From: Cyanobacteria bacterium J06642_2
GTDB lineage: Bacteria > Cyanobacteriota > Cyanobacteriia > Thermostichales > PCC-7336
Assembly (NCBI GenBank): GCA_039817845.1
Contig: JBCBVC010000003.1
Coordinates: forward strand, 7,067-71,066
Reading direction: 5' to 3'
DNA: 64,000 nt
This document shows positions 8,809 through 18,121 of this stretch, piece by piece (position 1 is the stretch's first letter; each line of letters starts with the position of its first letter). Under the pieces are notes generated by a model, which ran no database searches, was not told the origin of the DNA, and was given only the letters and a program-made list of their open reading frames with translations. The position numbers and the translations under genes were made by a program.

Positions 8809-9903
8809 ATGCCGGCAACAATACGAGCATCCTCAGAAGGGCTCAGATTAATCGACAAAGCTCGTAGAGTTAAAGGCTGGGCAAAGAGAGATAAAGTTTG
8901 GGCGGATCTTGTTCCAACGTCCCTGTCAACCTTAGGTCGTTTCTGGCTAGGATTTAATGTTCAGCAAGAAACATTTCAAGGTATATGTAACGCTGTTGGC
9001 ATTGAAGATTGGCAGTCAATCGCAGACTTTGATGGCACCAGATATTTCTCAAAAAAAATTTACACTGAAAGACTAAGTTTTGCAATTCAAGGCAGTATAG
9101 AAAAAATTGATAAACATAGGCTTGAATCTATATCGGCCTTACTTCAGCAGATAACGGGAGATACTGAGATCGTGATTTTAGATGTAGAGGAAGGTAGCAT
9201 TAAATTGACTTTAGGTGGCTCTCCAGAATCGCTTAGGAGAATTGAAACTCTGTATAATTCGGGAAAACTAACAGAAGTACTAGGAATCTCTGTTCTAGAT
9301 GTTCATATTCTTGAAAAGAATGAGCTCATTCAATCAATAAAAAACAATTCCGATTCTGTTTTGACTCTCAGTGGGGCCAACCTCAGTGGAGTTGACCTCA
9401 ATGGGACCAACCTCAGTGGGTCCGACCTCATTATGTCCGACCTAAGTGGGTCTGACCTAAGTGGGTCTGACCTAAGTGGGGCCGACCTCCGGTGGGCTGA
9501 CCTCAATGGGGCCAACCTCAGAGAAACCAACCTTTGTGGGGCTGACCTCGGTGGGGCTGACCTCAGTGAGGCTGACCTTAGGGGGGCCAACCTCAGTGAG
9601 GCTGACCTTAGGGGGGGCGACATCAGTAGGGCCAACCTCAGTAGGGCCAACCTCAGTTGGACCATTCTCAGAAATGCCTTCTTTATTGGAGCCAACTTCA
9701 GAAGGGCCAACCTCAGCCAAGCCAATCTCAGTGGGGCCAACCTCAGCGAGGCCAACATCGATGAGGCTGATGTTGTCAGAAATGCAGTTTTTATATCCGT
9801 TGAAGGTGTTTCTGTTCAAGTCAAGAGAAGTTTGCAGAAAAGAGGTGCAATATTTAATGATCCTCCCCCCCCGGAAGAAAGGGGATTGTATCGAGTCAGC
9901 TAA
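8809..9903 (+). CDS. Pentapeptide-repeat protein with N-terminal HTH-like module and a middle linker domain
   Basis: 364 aa. About 27 consecutive A(D/N)LxG pentapeptides span aa 186-322. The N-terminal SSEGLRLIDKARRVKGW...LSTLGRFWLG resembles the HTH head common on cyanobacterial multidomain proteins. Confidence 0.85.
   Translation: MPATIRASSEGLRLIDKARRVKGWAKRDKVWADLVPTSLSTLGRFWLGFNVQQETFQGICNAVGIEDWQSIADFDGTRYFSKKIYTERLSFAIQGSIEKIDKHRLESISALLQQITGDTEIVILDVEEGSIKLTLGGSPESLRRIETLYNSGKLTEVLGISVLDVHILEKNELIQSIKNNSDSVLTLSGANLSGVDLNGTNLSGSDLIMSDLSGSDLSGSDLSGADLRWADLNGANLRETNLCGADLGGADLSEADLRGANLSEADLRGGDISRANLSRANLSWTILRNAFFIGANFRRANLSQANLSGANLSEANIDEADVVRNAVFISVEGVSVQVKRSLQKRGAIFNDPPPPEERGLYRVS
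9364..9775 (+). repeat. 15-nt periodic coding repeat (pentapeptide repeats)
   Basis: Repeated GGGGCCAACCTCAGT / GGGGCTGACCTCAGT-like units. These explain the long spurious ORFs in the other frames and on the other strand. Confidence 0.9.
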
Positions 9904-9935
9904 ATCATCTTGATGTTTATTGCTAACGGAATTTT

Positions 9936-11594
9936 TTAAAGTCCTAACTCTGCTCTAGCTAATTCTGCCGCTGTAAACACGTCAACATCAGAAGCTTCAG
10001 TCCAGTCTGGCTCACCGATATCGCGGTAAAACGTTTCGTCGTATGGGCGTGTTTGTACGACCACAGGCATGGGAACGGCGTGCCCTAAAATCAGCGCTTG
10101 CTGCTTAGTATCTAGCTTGGCTAAAACTGTTTTGAGGTTCTGACCACCCGAGACACCTGTAAACACGGCATCGATATCTTTATCGTCATTCAGCAGCGCC
10201 GTAATGCGCGTGCCCACCTGCGACATCACTTCACTATCGATCCCCGAAGGTCGCTGATCGACCACGAGTAACGTGACGAAATATTTCCGCATTTCGCGGG
10301 CGATCGTGCCGTAAATGGTTTGTTTGACCGTCTGGGGCGCGAGAAACCGATGCGCTTCTTCAATGCAAATTACGAGCTGACGCGGTTTATCTGCCGGGTC
10401 TTTGCTATGTAAAAACTTTTCGGCTTTGTACACATATGCCTGGTGAATGCGACGCGTGATGACGTTACTCGCCAGCATGTAAGACAACAGATTCGCTTGC
10501 GAGCCAAATTCAACAATGACGTGTTTGCCCGCTTCTAGCGATTCTAGAATGTGATTGATGTAGTTATGGGGAACGGCAGGCTTGATGTATTTGAGGTCGT
10601 CCAAGCGGGTTAGCTTACGCTGAAGCGCCATCATTGAAGCCTTATGACCCATGCGCTGCTCGCAGAATTCTTGAATGTCGGAATTGGACATATTGAGCAA
10701 CTGCACGATCCAGTTGCGTCCGAATTCATTGCGCAGAATGATGGCATTTTCCAGGCTGGTTTCCGAGAGATTGAGTTCGTCTCTCAGTAACGCCAAGTCT
10801 TCTACTTCAATTTGGCCGTAGCTGATATACAAATCCAACGCATCGCGGACGCCTCGCCTGCGAGTTGAGTCAGGATCGAGAGTGTAGATTTGCACTTGGC
10901 TAGGAAAAAGTTGCCGCAATCCTTTGACAGTATGAGCGTAGCTGCCTTCTGCAGCTGCCTCCCAGCCGTATTCCGAATGCATGTCAAAAATCAGATTGAC
11001 AGCGGCCTGCTTGCGAATAATTCCGGCCAGGAGCAGTCGCGTTAGAAACGATTTCCCCGTCCCCGACTTCCCAAAAATACCGTTGCTGCGTTCGACAAAG
11101 CGATCGAGATCGATACAGATGGGCACGTCCATATCGAGGGGATTGCCGATCGCAAAATTGCGCTTACCGCGATCGCTTTCTAGCCCAAATACTGCCTGAA
11201 AGTCAGTGCGATCGGCTTCGTAGACTTGCGAGAAATGAGCTGGAATCGTTTTAACAGGAAGTAACTGCGTTTCCCCCGCGTTTCCACTCGTATCCTCAGC
11301 ATCTACCAGCATCAACATAGGGGCGATCGCCACCGTGCCAAATGTTCCTGTCCCAGCCAAAACTTCGCGCAAAAACTGTTCTTCAGGTCGGGGAGGATTC
11401 AACAAAATTTGAGGGCTGGTCGTTTCTAGCGCCACATCCGTTAGCAAACCAAAAAAACGGGTACGCTGACCGCGTACGACTGCAAACTTTCCAACCCGCA
11501 TCTCTTCAACAGAGACACCAGGATTGAGTCGAGCCTCCAGCCCTTGGGTCAGCGATCCTTGGGTGATGGTGGCCAGAGCATGTGAATAAGTCAT
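9936..11594 (-). CDS. HerA-like / DUF87 P-loop ATPase
   Basis: 552 aa. It has a Walker A (GIFGKSGTGKSF), a Walker B-like LVICIEEAHRF, and an N-terminal barrel-like region before the P-loop, as in HerA/FtsK-class ATPases. Confidence 0.7.
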   Translation of the reverse strand: MTYSHALATITQGSLTQGLEARLNPGVSVEEMRVGKFAVVRGQRTRFFGLLTDVALETTSPQILLNPPRPEEQFLREVLAGTGTFGTVAIAPMLMLVDAEDTSGNAGETQLLPVKTIPAHFSQVYEADRTDFQAVFGLESDRGKRNFAIGNPLDMDVPICIDLDRFVERSNGIFGKSGTGKSFLTRLLLAGIIRKQAAVNLIFDMHSEYGWEAAAEGSYAHTVKGLRQLFPSQVQIYTLDPDSTRRRGVRDALDLYISYGQIEVEDLALLRDELNLSETSLENAIILRNEFGRNWIVQLLNMSNSDIQEFCEQRMGHKASMMALQRKLTRLDDLKYIKPAVPHNYINHILESLEAGKHVIVEFGSQANLLSYMLASNVITRRIHQAYVYKAEKFLHSKDPADKPRQLVICIEEAHRFLAPQTVKQTIYGTIAREMRKYFVTLLVVDQRPSGIDSEVMSQVGTRITALLNDDKDIDAVFTGVSGGQNLKTVLAKLDTKQQALILGHAVPMPVVVQTRPYDETFYRDIGEPDWTEASDVDVFTAAELARAELGL

Positions 11595-11690
11595 TCGGGT
11601 AATAAAGCGTTAGCAGCTATCTTATCTCTCTACTTTTCCGTACTCCAAATTCTCTCTAAAAAAGCTTCAGTTTTGATGCATTATCAACCA

Positions 11691-12068
11691 TTAGTTTCTG
11701 CTAGTTTCTGCCAAAGCGATCGCGGCTAGCGGCACGTTGCGTTCGAGTGTTTGCAACTGATGCGAATGCGCCTGCAGAGTTTCAATCAATGACTCACAGG
11801 CACGATCGGGCCGGACGCTGTCCCCACAAGTGAAAACATCGACAGCCGCATAGTGCGATTCCGGCCACGTATGGATAGATAAATGGGATTCCGCCAGCAA
11901 CCCCAGCACCGTAACCCCGTGTGGATGAAACTGATGCGCCATAACCTTCAGTACGGTGACATTGGCCCGTTCTGCAGCATGCTGCATCGCAGCTTGCAGA
12001 AAGTCAGCATCGTCCAACAAGTCAGGCGGACAGCCGTACAGGTCCAAAATGCAGTGAGTACCCACCAA
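11691..12068 (-). CDS. speH: S-adenosylmethionine decarboxylase proenzyme (small prokaryotic type)
   Basis: 125 aa. ILDLYGC and the autoprocessing motif AESHLSIHTWPE. The start codon is TTG or GTG. Confidence 0.85.
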   Translation of the reverse strand: MVGTHCILDLYGCPPDLLDDADFLQAAMQHAAERANVTVLKVMAHQFHPHGVTVLGLLAESHLSIHTWPESHYAAVDVFTCGDSVRPDRACESLIETLQAHSHQLQTLERNVPLAAIALAETSRN

Positions 12069-12120
12069 ATTTAGCTCTATTGCTCGTAATCATGAGGCAT
12101 ACGCAAGTCTATCTCGGGGG

Positions 12121-12678
12121 TCAATGCAGTAATGATAGCTGGCCGGTCTCAGACTTCGGCTCCACGGTACCCGCTGGCAATAACGCGCCTTCGTGGTGCA
12201 GTAACCATCGCTTGCGCTCGATGCCGCCAGCGTACCCCGTGAGCTTTCCATTGGCTCCAATCACGCGGTGACAAGGCAGCGCAATTGAGATTGGGTTCAA
12301 TCCATTGGTTCTGCCTACGGCTCGGCAGGCATCAGGATGACCCAGTCGAGCAGCCAGCTCCCCATATGACAGCGTTTGGCCGGCTGGAATCGCGCGCAAT
12401 GATTGCCATACTTGCTGCTGAAATTTCGACCCGTCCGTTCGCACGAGTACGTCGTCAAAGCTCGTCAAGTCACCGTTGAAATAAGCGCGCAGGCGATCGC
12501 TCAATCCCGTAGGATTCGGGGTAGGAATCAAGTTAACTGTCTCGAAGCGTTTGTGCAGAAGCGTCCGAAAGCGGCGATCGCAATCGACAAAATCGAGGGC
12601 ACACAGATGCGTACCGTCCGTAACGAGGTAGATGTCCCCAATTGGAGATGGGACTGTGTCGACCAATAATTCCATCAC
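12121..12678 (-). CDS. ogt: Methylated-DNA--protein-cysteine methyltransferase
   Basis: 185 aa. Active site IALPCHRVIG and TLSYGELAARLG helix. The start abuts the stop of the upstream bolA-like gene. Confidence 0.85.
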   Translation of the reverse strand: MMELLVDTVPSPIGDIYLVTDGTHLCALDFVDCDRRFRTLLHKRFETVNLIPTPNPTGLSDRLRAYFNGDLTSFDDVLVRTDGSKFQQQVWQSLRAIPAGQTLSYGELAARLGHPDACRAVGRTNGLNPISIALPCHRVIGANGKLTGYAGGIERKRWLLHHEGALLPAGTVEPKSETGQLSLLH

Positions 12679-12972
12679 TCAGGACTGATACGCTTCAGCT
12701 TCCCACTGTTCGGGCGTGTAAGTTTTGAGCGCGAGGGCGTGAATAGACGATTTCATCTGGTCTGCTAATGCGTCGTAAACCATGCGGTGCTGTTTAAGCA
12801 TTAACTTACCGGCAAAGTCAGGTGAAACGACGATAACGCGAAAGTGGCTGCCGCCTGTATTGCCGGCATGGCCAGCGTGGAGATGACTTTCATCTTCAAC
12901 ATAGACATAGGTGGTATGCAGCTCTTCCTTCAGACGTCGTTCGAGGTCAGCGCTCGCGATCGCAGCAGTCAT
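12679..12972 (-). CDS. BolA family protein
   Basis: Track ORF 12679..13149. The BolA-like part starts at the internal ATG at 12972 (MTAAIASADLERRLKEEL...SHFRVIVVSPDFAGK...HRMVYDAL). The longer N-terminus would run into the divergent gene. Confidence 0.65.
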   Translation of the reverse strand: MTAAIASADLERRLKEELHTTYVYVEDESHLHAGHAGNTGGSHFRVIVVSPDFAGKLMLKQHRMVYDALADQMKSSIHALALKTYTPEQWEAEAYQS

Positions 12973-13062
12973 AATTTGATGGAAAACAACGGCATTTTCG
13001 GTGTACAGCTTTCGCGCCCGACTGGCAACCCTGGTAGATTTGACGGTTAAAATCGAGAGCAC

Positions 13063-13866
13063 GTGGCTCGCGTATTGACGCGCTGTCCTCCACACTTTTC
13101 TTTTCCAGGTCGCTCCCCCGTGAAACAAGTTCTCGTCATCGTTCATCAAGAAACTTCAGATCCCGGACGCATCGGCGAGTTGCTGCGATCGCGAGGATAT
13201 CAACTCGACATGCACTACCCTTGCCTGGGCCAAGCCTTACCTGAAACCCTCGAACAGCACGAGGCCACAGTGGTATTTGGCGGACCCATGAGCGCCAACG
13301 ACGATGGCGAACTTCCTTTTATTCGCGCCGAACTGGATTGGATTCCTCTCGCCCTAGAATCGGGCAAGCCCTTTTTAGGAATTTGCTTGGGAGCGCAGTT
13401 ACTGGCGCGCGTCTTGGGCGCATCCGTGCATCCCCACTCCGAAGATGTGACAGAAGTCGGGTACGTGCCGATCTCGCCGACCGCAGCAGGAGCATCGCTA
13501 TTTGGCGACCTCACCCACGTATACCAGTGGCATCAGGAAGGATTCGATCTCCCGACAGACGCGACGTTGCTGGCAACCAGCGCGGACTATCCTCATCAGG
13601 CATTTCACTACGATCGCGCCATTTATGGCCTGCAATTTCATCCTGAAGTCACTTGCAGCATGGTAGACCTATGGACAACTCGTGCGGCAGAAAAGTTGGC
13701 ATGGAAAGGCGCGCAATCCAAAGCCGAACATTTACAAAAGTGCCCTCTATTCGATCCCGCGATCGCGCAATGGACTAGCAATTTTATCGATATCTGGCTG
13801 AGTGCATCTCCAGCAATATCTCCATCGCCACTGCCAGACTATCGCAGCGTTTGCGGAGCAGCTTAA
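13063..13866 (+). CDS. Class I glutamine amidotransferase-like protein
   Basis: 267 aa. The nucleophile elbow is GICLGAQLLA, and the His/Glu region is GLQFHPE. The start is uncertain, with the GTG at 13120 as an alternative. Confidence 0.7.
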   Translation: MARVLTRCPPHFSFPGRSPVKQVLVIVHQETSDPGRIGELLRSRGYQLDMHYPCLGQALPETLEQHEATVVFGGPMSANDDGELPFIRAELDWIPLALESGKPFLGICLGAQLLARVLGASVHPHSEDVTEVGYVPISPTAAGASLFGDLTHVYQWHQEGFDLPTDATLLATSADYPHQAFHYDRAIYGLQFHPEVTCSMVDLWTTRAAEKLAWKGAQSKAEHLQKCPLFDPAIAQWTSNFIDIWLSASPAISPSPLPDYRSVCGAA

Positions 13867-13872
13867 CTGGCC

Positions 13873-14694
13873 TCAACGAGTCACGATCTGTTCGTAGGTG
13901 TTGCTGCGAAACCAGCGGTCGATTTCGCGAGCGCGCAGGACGGGGACGGGGTGCGATCGCCCAGCAGTTTGCATTTGCTTGAGCATCACTTGCCACTGAT
14001 CGCGATCCAGGTCGGCGTAGGTACGTGCTTGCTCGAGAAACGCATCGACATTAAGCTGTTTCGCCAGTTGAGGAGAACCGCCGCAGAGTTTCATTAGCAC
14101 AGAAACCACTGTGCGCGCGTCTTGACTGACCAAAAGAGCCGCGCGATCGCAACTAAATTCAGCGCACTGCACCCACTGCATTAGTTGTTCTTGCAACGAC
14201 TGCTGCAAGAGCGTCCCCAAAGGTAGCAGGCTAGCCGACAGCATCAGAATATTGGCCATAGTTAAGTACACGCCGTGGTTGCACTTGAGGTGGCCCAGCT
14301 CGTGAGCTATGACGGCCTGAATTTCTTTGGGTTCGAGCAAATCCAGCAGTGACGTGTGAACGACCACAAATGGCTGCTTGCCCCGCATCGCGAAGGTGTA
14401 AGCATTTGGCGTCGGATTTTGCTTCACGTAGAGCTGGGGTGGCTCAATATCCAAAATCTGGCAGGCTTCGAGCAACAGTTCGTGCAAATCGGGCAATTGC
14501 TTCGCACTGACCTGAATGCTGGAGGCAATGTTGTCGAGGTAAAACACTTGTTCGGCTGTAGGGGCAAGGAGGTTTTGAATCACCATGCCCAGACCGGGAA
14601 CTTGTTGCAGCGAGCGCGTGGCGCGTTCGTCGATAGGATGGCGAAAATGTTCGGCCCGCAGTCCGTACAGCGTTTGGCGACTCAATGCTTCCAT
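13873..14694 (-). CDS. M48 family zinc metallopeptidase
   Basis: 273 aa. HELGHLKCNH (HExxH). No obvious signal peptide. Confidence 0.8.
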   Translation of the reverse strand: MEALSRQTLYGLRAEHFRHPIDERATRSLQQVPGLGMVIQNLLAPTAEQVFYLDNIASSIQVSAKQLPDLHELLLEACQILDIEPPQLYVKQNPTPNAYTFAMRGKQPFVVVHTSLLDLLEPKEIQAVIAHELGHLKCNHGVYLTMANILMLSASLLPLGTLLQQSLQEQLMQWVQCAEFSCDRAALLVSQDARTVVSVLMKLCGGSPQLAKQLNVDAFLEQARTYADLDRDQWQVMLKQMQTAGRSHPVPVLRAREIDRWFRSNTYEQIVTR

Positions 14695-14881
14695 GCCCGT
14701 TCTCGCGCGAAAGTACTGTCTAGATTGACTACTCCAATTATAGAGATCGCACCTTCAGCCATTGCGATTTCGGTAAAGCGAGTCTGGCTCAAACAACAGG
14801 TTCGAGTTCGGAAACAGCGATCGCGTTTGCGGCAGCGCGCAGATAGAATTACCACTGGCGATAGACAGGTACTCCGCTCCA

Positions 14882-15868
14882 TTGTTTAGGCTAGAAGATA
14901 GCGTTGGATACCTCACCATGCTCTTGAAGCAATCTGTCACTATTCCAGAACGGAGTTGCGCGCGCAATTTAGGCTGGCGCCGGGCTTTGGCCAGCAGCGT
15001 CGCGATTGCCAGCCTCGTTCTAGGTGGTGTTGCTCCGGCAGCATCGGCACTAGATGTGGGGAGTTTGCTGTTCCAAGGACTACGAGTGTTGCAGCTCTCT
15101 AACGTTTCAGATAGTCAAGACGTGCAATTGGGCCAACAGATTCACGCGCAGCTGATGGAAAGCGGCGATGTCACACTGTCTCAGAATCAGCAGTTGAATG
15201 CTTACGTGCGCGAGATCGGCCAGCGTTTGGTGCAGAACTCTTCGCGAGCCAAATTGCCATTTCAATTCTTCGTGGTCGAGAACAAAGCTATCAATGCATT
15301 TGCCACGACAGGCGGATTTGTTTACATCAATACTGGCACGATTGACGCAGCCGAGACCGAAGATCAAATTGCCTCAGTACTTGCCCACGAAATCGCTCAC
15401 ATCACCGAAAAGCACGTACTCGAAAACCTGCAGCAGTCGGCTATCATTCGCGGCGGCGCGCAGGCGATTGGGGTGGGCAATAGCAATGTGGCGGGAGCCG
15501 CAGCAGAGCTGGCCTTACGTCGACCCAAAAGCCGCGACGCCGAATATGAAGCTGATGCGACAGGACTAGGGATCCTGTACCGCTCGGGCTACGATCCCCA
15601 GGCAATGCCGCAGTTCTTGACCAAGCTGTTGAAGCTGGGTCGCAATGCGCCCACGATATTTAGCACGCACCCGCCGTCGAGCGATCGCATCTCCCGCGTC
15701 AATCAGCTCATTGCAGCCAACAGTTTGGTTGCATCCAGCCCCCAACGTCCCAAATTTTCCGGTTATCAGACTCAAGTTCAGCGTCTGGAACCGGCTGAGG
15801 ACGTGCAGACTTTACCCGTACTGCCTTCCCAATCTCAGGTGCAAACTCTGCCTGTGCTGGATAATTGA
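14882..15868 (+). CDS. M48 family zinc metallopeptidase, exported
   Basis: 328 aa. HEIAHITEKH is present, and there is a hydrophobic N-terminal segment, ALASSVAIASLVLGGVAPAASA. The start is uncertain. Confidence 0.75.
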   Translation: MFRLEDSVGYLTMLLKQSVTIPERSCARNLGWRRALASSVAIASLVLGGVAPAASALDVGSLLFQGLRVLQLSNVSDSQDVQLGQQIHAQLMESGDVTLSQNQQLNAYVREIGQRLVQNSSRAKLPFQFFVVENKAINAFATTGGFVYINTGTIDAAETEDQIASVLAHEIAHITEKHVLENLQQSAIIRGGAQAIGVGNSNVAGAAAELALRRPKSRDAEYEADATGLGILYRSGYDPQAMPQFLTKLLKLGRNAPTIFSTHPPSSDRISRVNQLIAANSLVASSPQRPKFSGYQTQVQRLEPAEDVQTLPVLPSQSQVQTLPVLDN

Positions 15869-15907
15869 GGCGAAGTGCTCCAGCCTTCTGCAAATAACCA
15901 ATAACTA

Positions 15908-15938
15908 ATGCCTCTTTGCTTTTGTGGCAAGGAGGCAT
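15908..15938. terminator. Hairpin between convergent genes (possible bidirectional terminator)
   Basis: ATGCCTCTTTGC-ttttgtg-GCAAGGAGGCAT forms a 12-bp stem with one G-U pair. There is no clear U-run. Confidence 0.35.
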
Positions 15939-16002
15939 ATTGCTTGGAGTGATTCATGCTGAAGATTCCGTCCATGCGCTCGGTTTTTCTACAACCTACT
16001 CG

Positions 16003-16494
16003 CTATGACTCAGTGGCTCCAGAGATGAAGTCTTTGGGGCTGACATCTCGGAGAAACTCGCGAAATTCCTCTTGCTCGGCAGCATCAGCATCTCGGTCGA
16101 TTGGAATGGATGCTTCCGAAATCACTTCTTCCATGGCCCAAATCGGAGCGTCAGCTCGCAGGGCAATCGCGATCGCGTCGCTAGGACGGCAGTCGATCTC
16201 CTTTTTCTCTCCCTCGCGCACGGTGGTGATGATGGCATAGAACGTATCGTCTCGCAGAGCGCAAATGACAATGCGCTCAACTTCAATGCCCCATTCCGTC
16301 CACGAGTTCAAAATTAAGTCGTGGGTCATGGGTCGTGCAGGCCGCTCTGACTCCAACGCTTTCAAAATGGCGCTGGCTTCTGCTTTCCCTACCAAAATTG
16401 GAATGGCTCGCCGCTCAGCCAAGTCTCGCAAAATGACAATGGGTACTTTATTCACAGCTTCTAGGGCAATACCAGCAACTTCCATCTCGACCAT
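16003..16494 (-). CDS. Bifunctional nuclease family protein (DUF151)
   Basis: 163 aa. PIVILRD...RAIPILVG..EA.AI......ERPARPMTHDL pattern typical of BFN/DUF151. Confidence 0.75.
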   Translation of the reverse strand: MVEMEVAGIALEAVNKVPIVILRDLAERRAIPILVGKAEASAILKALESERPARPMTHDLILNSWTEWGIEVERIVICALRDDTFYAIITTVREGEKKEIDCRPSDAIAIALRADAPIWAMEEVISEASIPIDRDADAAEQEEFREFLRDVSPKDFISGATES

Positions 16495-16677
16495 TGCATT
16501 GCTCCTAGACGTCTAACTGTATCGATCCTACCACCCCGCTTCGGTTTGACAAGCAGCCTCTATCCCGCTCGTACCGGACGTTTCCGCACTTCTGAAAAGG
16601 GTCGATCGCGTGCCTCGATGCCTCATCTCAACGCGATCGCGCACAATGAAGACACCCCTTGCCACTGCTGTCTTACC

Positions 16678-17340
16678 ATGTTTACTGGATTGGTCGAAGC
16701 TTTAGGAATTGTTGAAGATTTAGGCGCAAGTCGCGTCCGGGTTCGCTGGCTCGATCCCAATCCAGCCACGCTTGCCGACCTCGCGTTGGGTGACAGCGTC
16801 GCGGTCGACGGCGTGTGTTTGACCGTGGCTGAAACCAAAGCTGATGGATTTACGGCTGATATCTCTCCTGAAACCCGTCGCCGCTCTACTCTCGATACGG
16901 GTACAGGTCGTCACGTCGCGAATTTAGAGCGATCGCTACGGGCGGGCAGCAAAATTGGCGGTCATTTCGTGACCGGCCACATTGACGGCGTCGGTTATTT
17001 GGAATCATCGCGAGAAACCGATAATGCCTGGGAGATGAACTTTCGCGTTCCAGACAAGATCGCTCGGTATGTCGTGCCCAAAGGCAGTATTGCCATTAAC
17101 GGCATTAGCCTGACCGTCGCAGCAGTAGACGAGTCTGGCGCTTGTTTTCAAGTTGCTGTCATTCCTCACACGTACCACGCTACAAATCTCTCCCGATTGC
17201 GACCCAGCGATTGCGTCAATCTCGAAGGCGACATTCTGGGTAAGTACGTTGAAAAACTACTCATGAGCTCTCCGGCCGCATCCGCACCAACGAATCCCGA
17301 GCTCAGCCTCAGCTTCCTGTCTCAGCATGGCTATCTGTGA
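16678..17340 (+). CDS. ribE: Riboflavin synthase alpha chain
   Basis: Track ORF 16546..17340. The canonical start MFTGLVEALG is at the ATG at 16678. There are two lumazine-binding repeats (GDSVAVDGVCLTV, GSIAINGISLTV). Confidence 0.85.
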   Translation: MFTGLVEALGIVEDLGASRVRVRWLDPNPATLADLALGDSVAVDGVCLTVAETKADGFTADISPETRRRSTLDTGTGRHVANLERSLRAGSKIGGHFVTGHIDGVGYLESSRETDNAWEMNFRVPDKIARYVVPKGSIAINGISLTVAAVDESGACFQVAVIPHTYHATNLSRLRPSDCVNLEGDILGKYVEKLLMSSPAASAPTNPELSLSFLSQHGYL

Positions 17341-17391
17341 TTCGGTCCTGAAGTTGCTCGATACTCTAGACCTCTCGTACGTGAAGCATCT

Positions 17392-18111
17392 ATGGCACTG
17401 GCAGGGACGGGCACATTGGTAAATATCGTGGCGATCTCCATCGGTTCGGGCCTCGGCTCGCTGGTGGGGCAGCGCTTGCCGCCGCGACTCAACGAAAGTT
17501 TATTGCGGGCAATCGGGCTTGTTACCGTTGTCGTTGGCATTCAAATGGGATTGACGGCACAGACAGCACTGCAATCTGTGGTCGTCTTGTTGGCTATGGC
17601 TATTGGCGTCAGCATTGGTGAAGCGATCGATATCGAGCGTGGCCTGATGTGGCTCGGCCACACCTTAGAAATTCAGGCAAAACAGTGGCTGGGACCGAGC
17701 CGGATTACCCGAGCATTCGTCACGTCCAGCATCGTTTTTTTAGTGGGACCCATGGCCATCCTCGGTTCCATCCAAGATGGCTTGGGCGACCCATCTTTAT
17801 TGCTGATTAAGTCGGGATTGGATGGCGTCGCATCCATTGCCTTTACTGCTAGTCTCGGCATCGGGACGTTCTTTTCTTTACTGCCTGTGGCAGTTTATCA
17901 GGGCATTCTAACGCTGTTGGCATCCCAGTTACAAGGAGTGATGACTGATGCAGTGGTTGAAGCCCTGACGGCTGTGGGAGGCTTGTTAGTGCTCGCCGTA
18001 GGACTTAACTTGCTAGAGATCGCGCGGCTGCGATTGGGCAATTTTTTGCCGGCTCTGCCCCTGGCCGCGGCATTGACCGCGTGGCTGCCACTGTGGACAA
18101 CCGAGTTCTGA
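17392..18111 (+). CDS. DUF554 family membrane protein
   Basis: 239 aa and polytopic. The N-terminus GTLVNIVAISIGSGLGSLVGQRLP is as in YdfK/YqgA-like DUF554 proteins. Confidence 0.7.
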   Translation: MALAGTGTLVNIVAISIGSGLGSLVGQRLPPRLNESLLRAIGLVTVVVGIQMGLTAQTALQSVVVLLAMAIGVSIGEAIDIERGLMWLGHTLEIQAKQWLGPSRITRAFVTSSIVFLVGPMAILGSIQDGLGDPSLLLIKSGLDGVASIAFTASLGIGTFFSLLPVAVYQGILTLLASQLQGVMTDAVVEALTAVGGLLVLAVGLNLLEIARLRLGNFLPALPLAAALTAWLPLWTTEF

Positions 18112-18121
18112 CTCACCTACC

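Noticed and set aside
9330-9913. Long ORFs 9330..9758 (-), 9472..9819 (-) and 9476..9913 (+), and the regular 15-nt periodicity that could be mistaken for a repeat array
   Set aside because: They are alternative-frame and antisense readings of the pentapeptide-repeat coding region, and their products are low-complexity LR/PT/VG strings. The periodicity has no spacers, so it is not a CRISPR array.
14356-14889. 177-aa plus-strand ORF
   Set aside because: It is antisense to the M48 peptidase, which carries the HELGH motif.
16495-16677. Possible FMN riboswitch upstream of ribE (also checked upstream of ribF at 50336..50435)
   Set aside because: I could not find the conserved FMN-element core sequences or the multi-stem layout. 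The leader is short and HIP1-containing.
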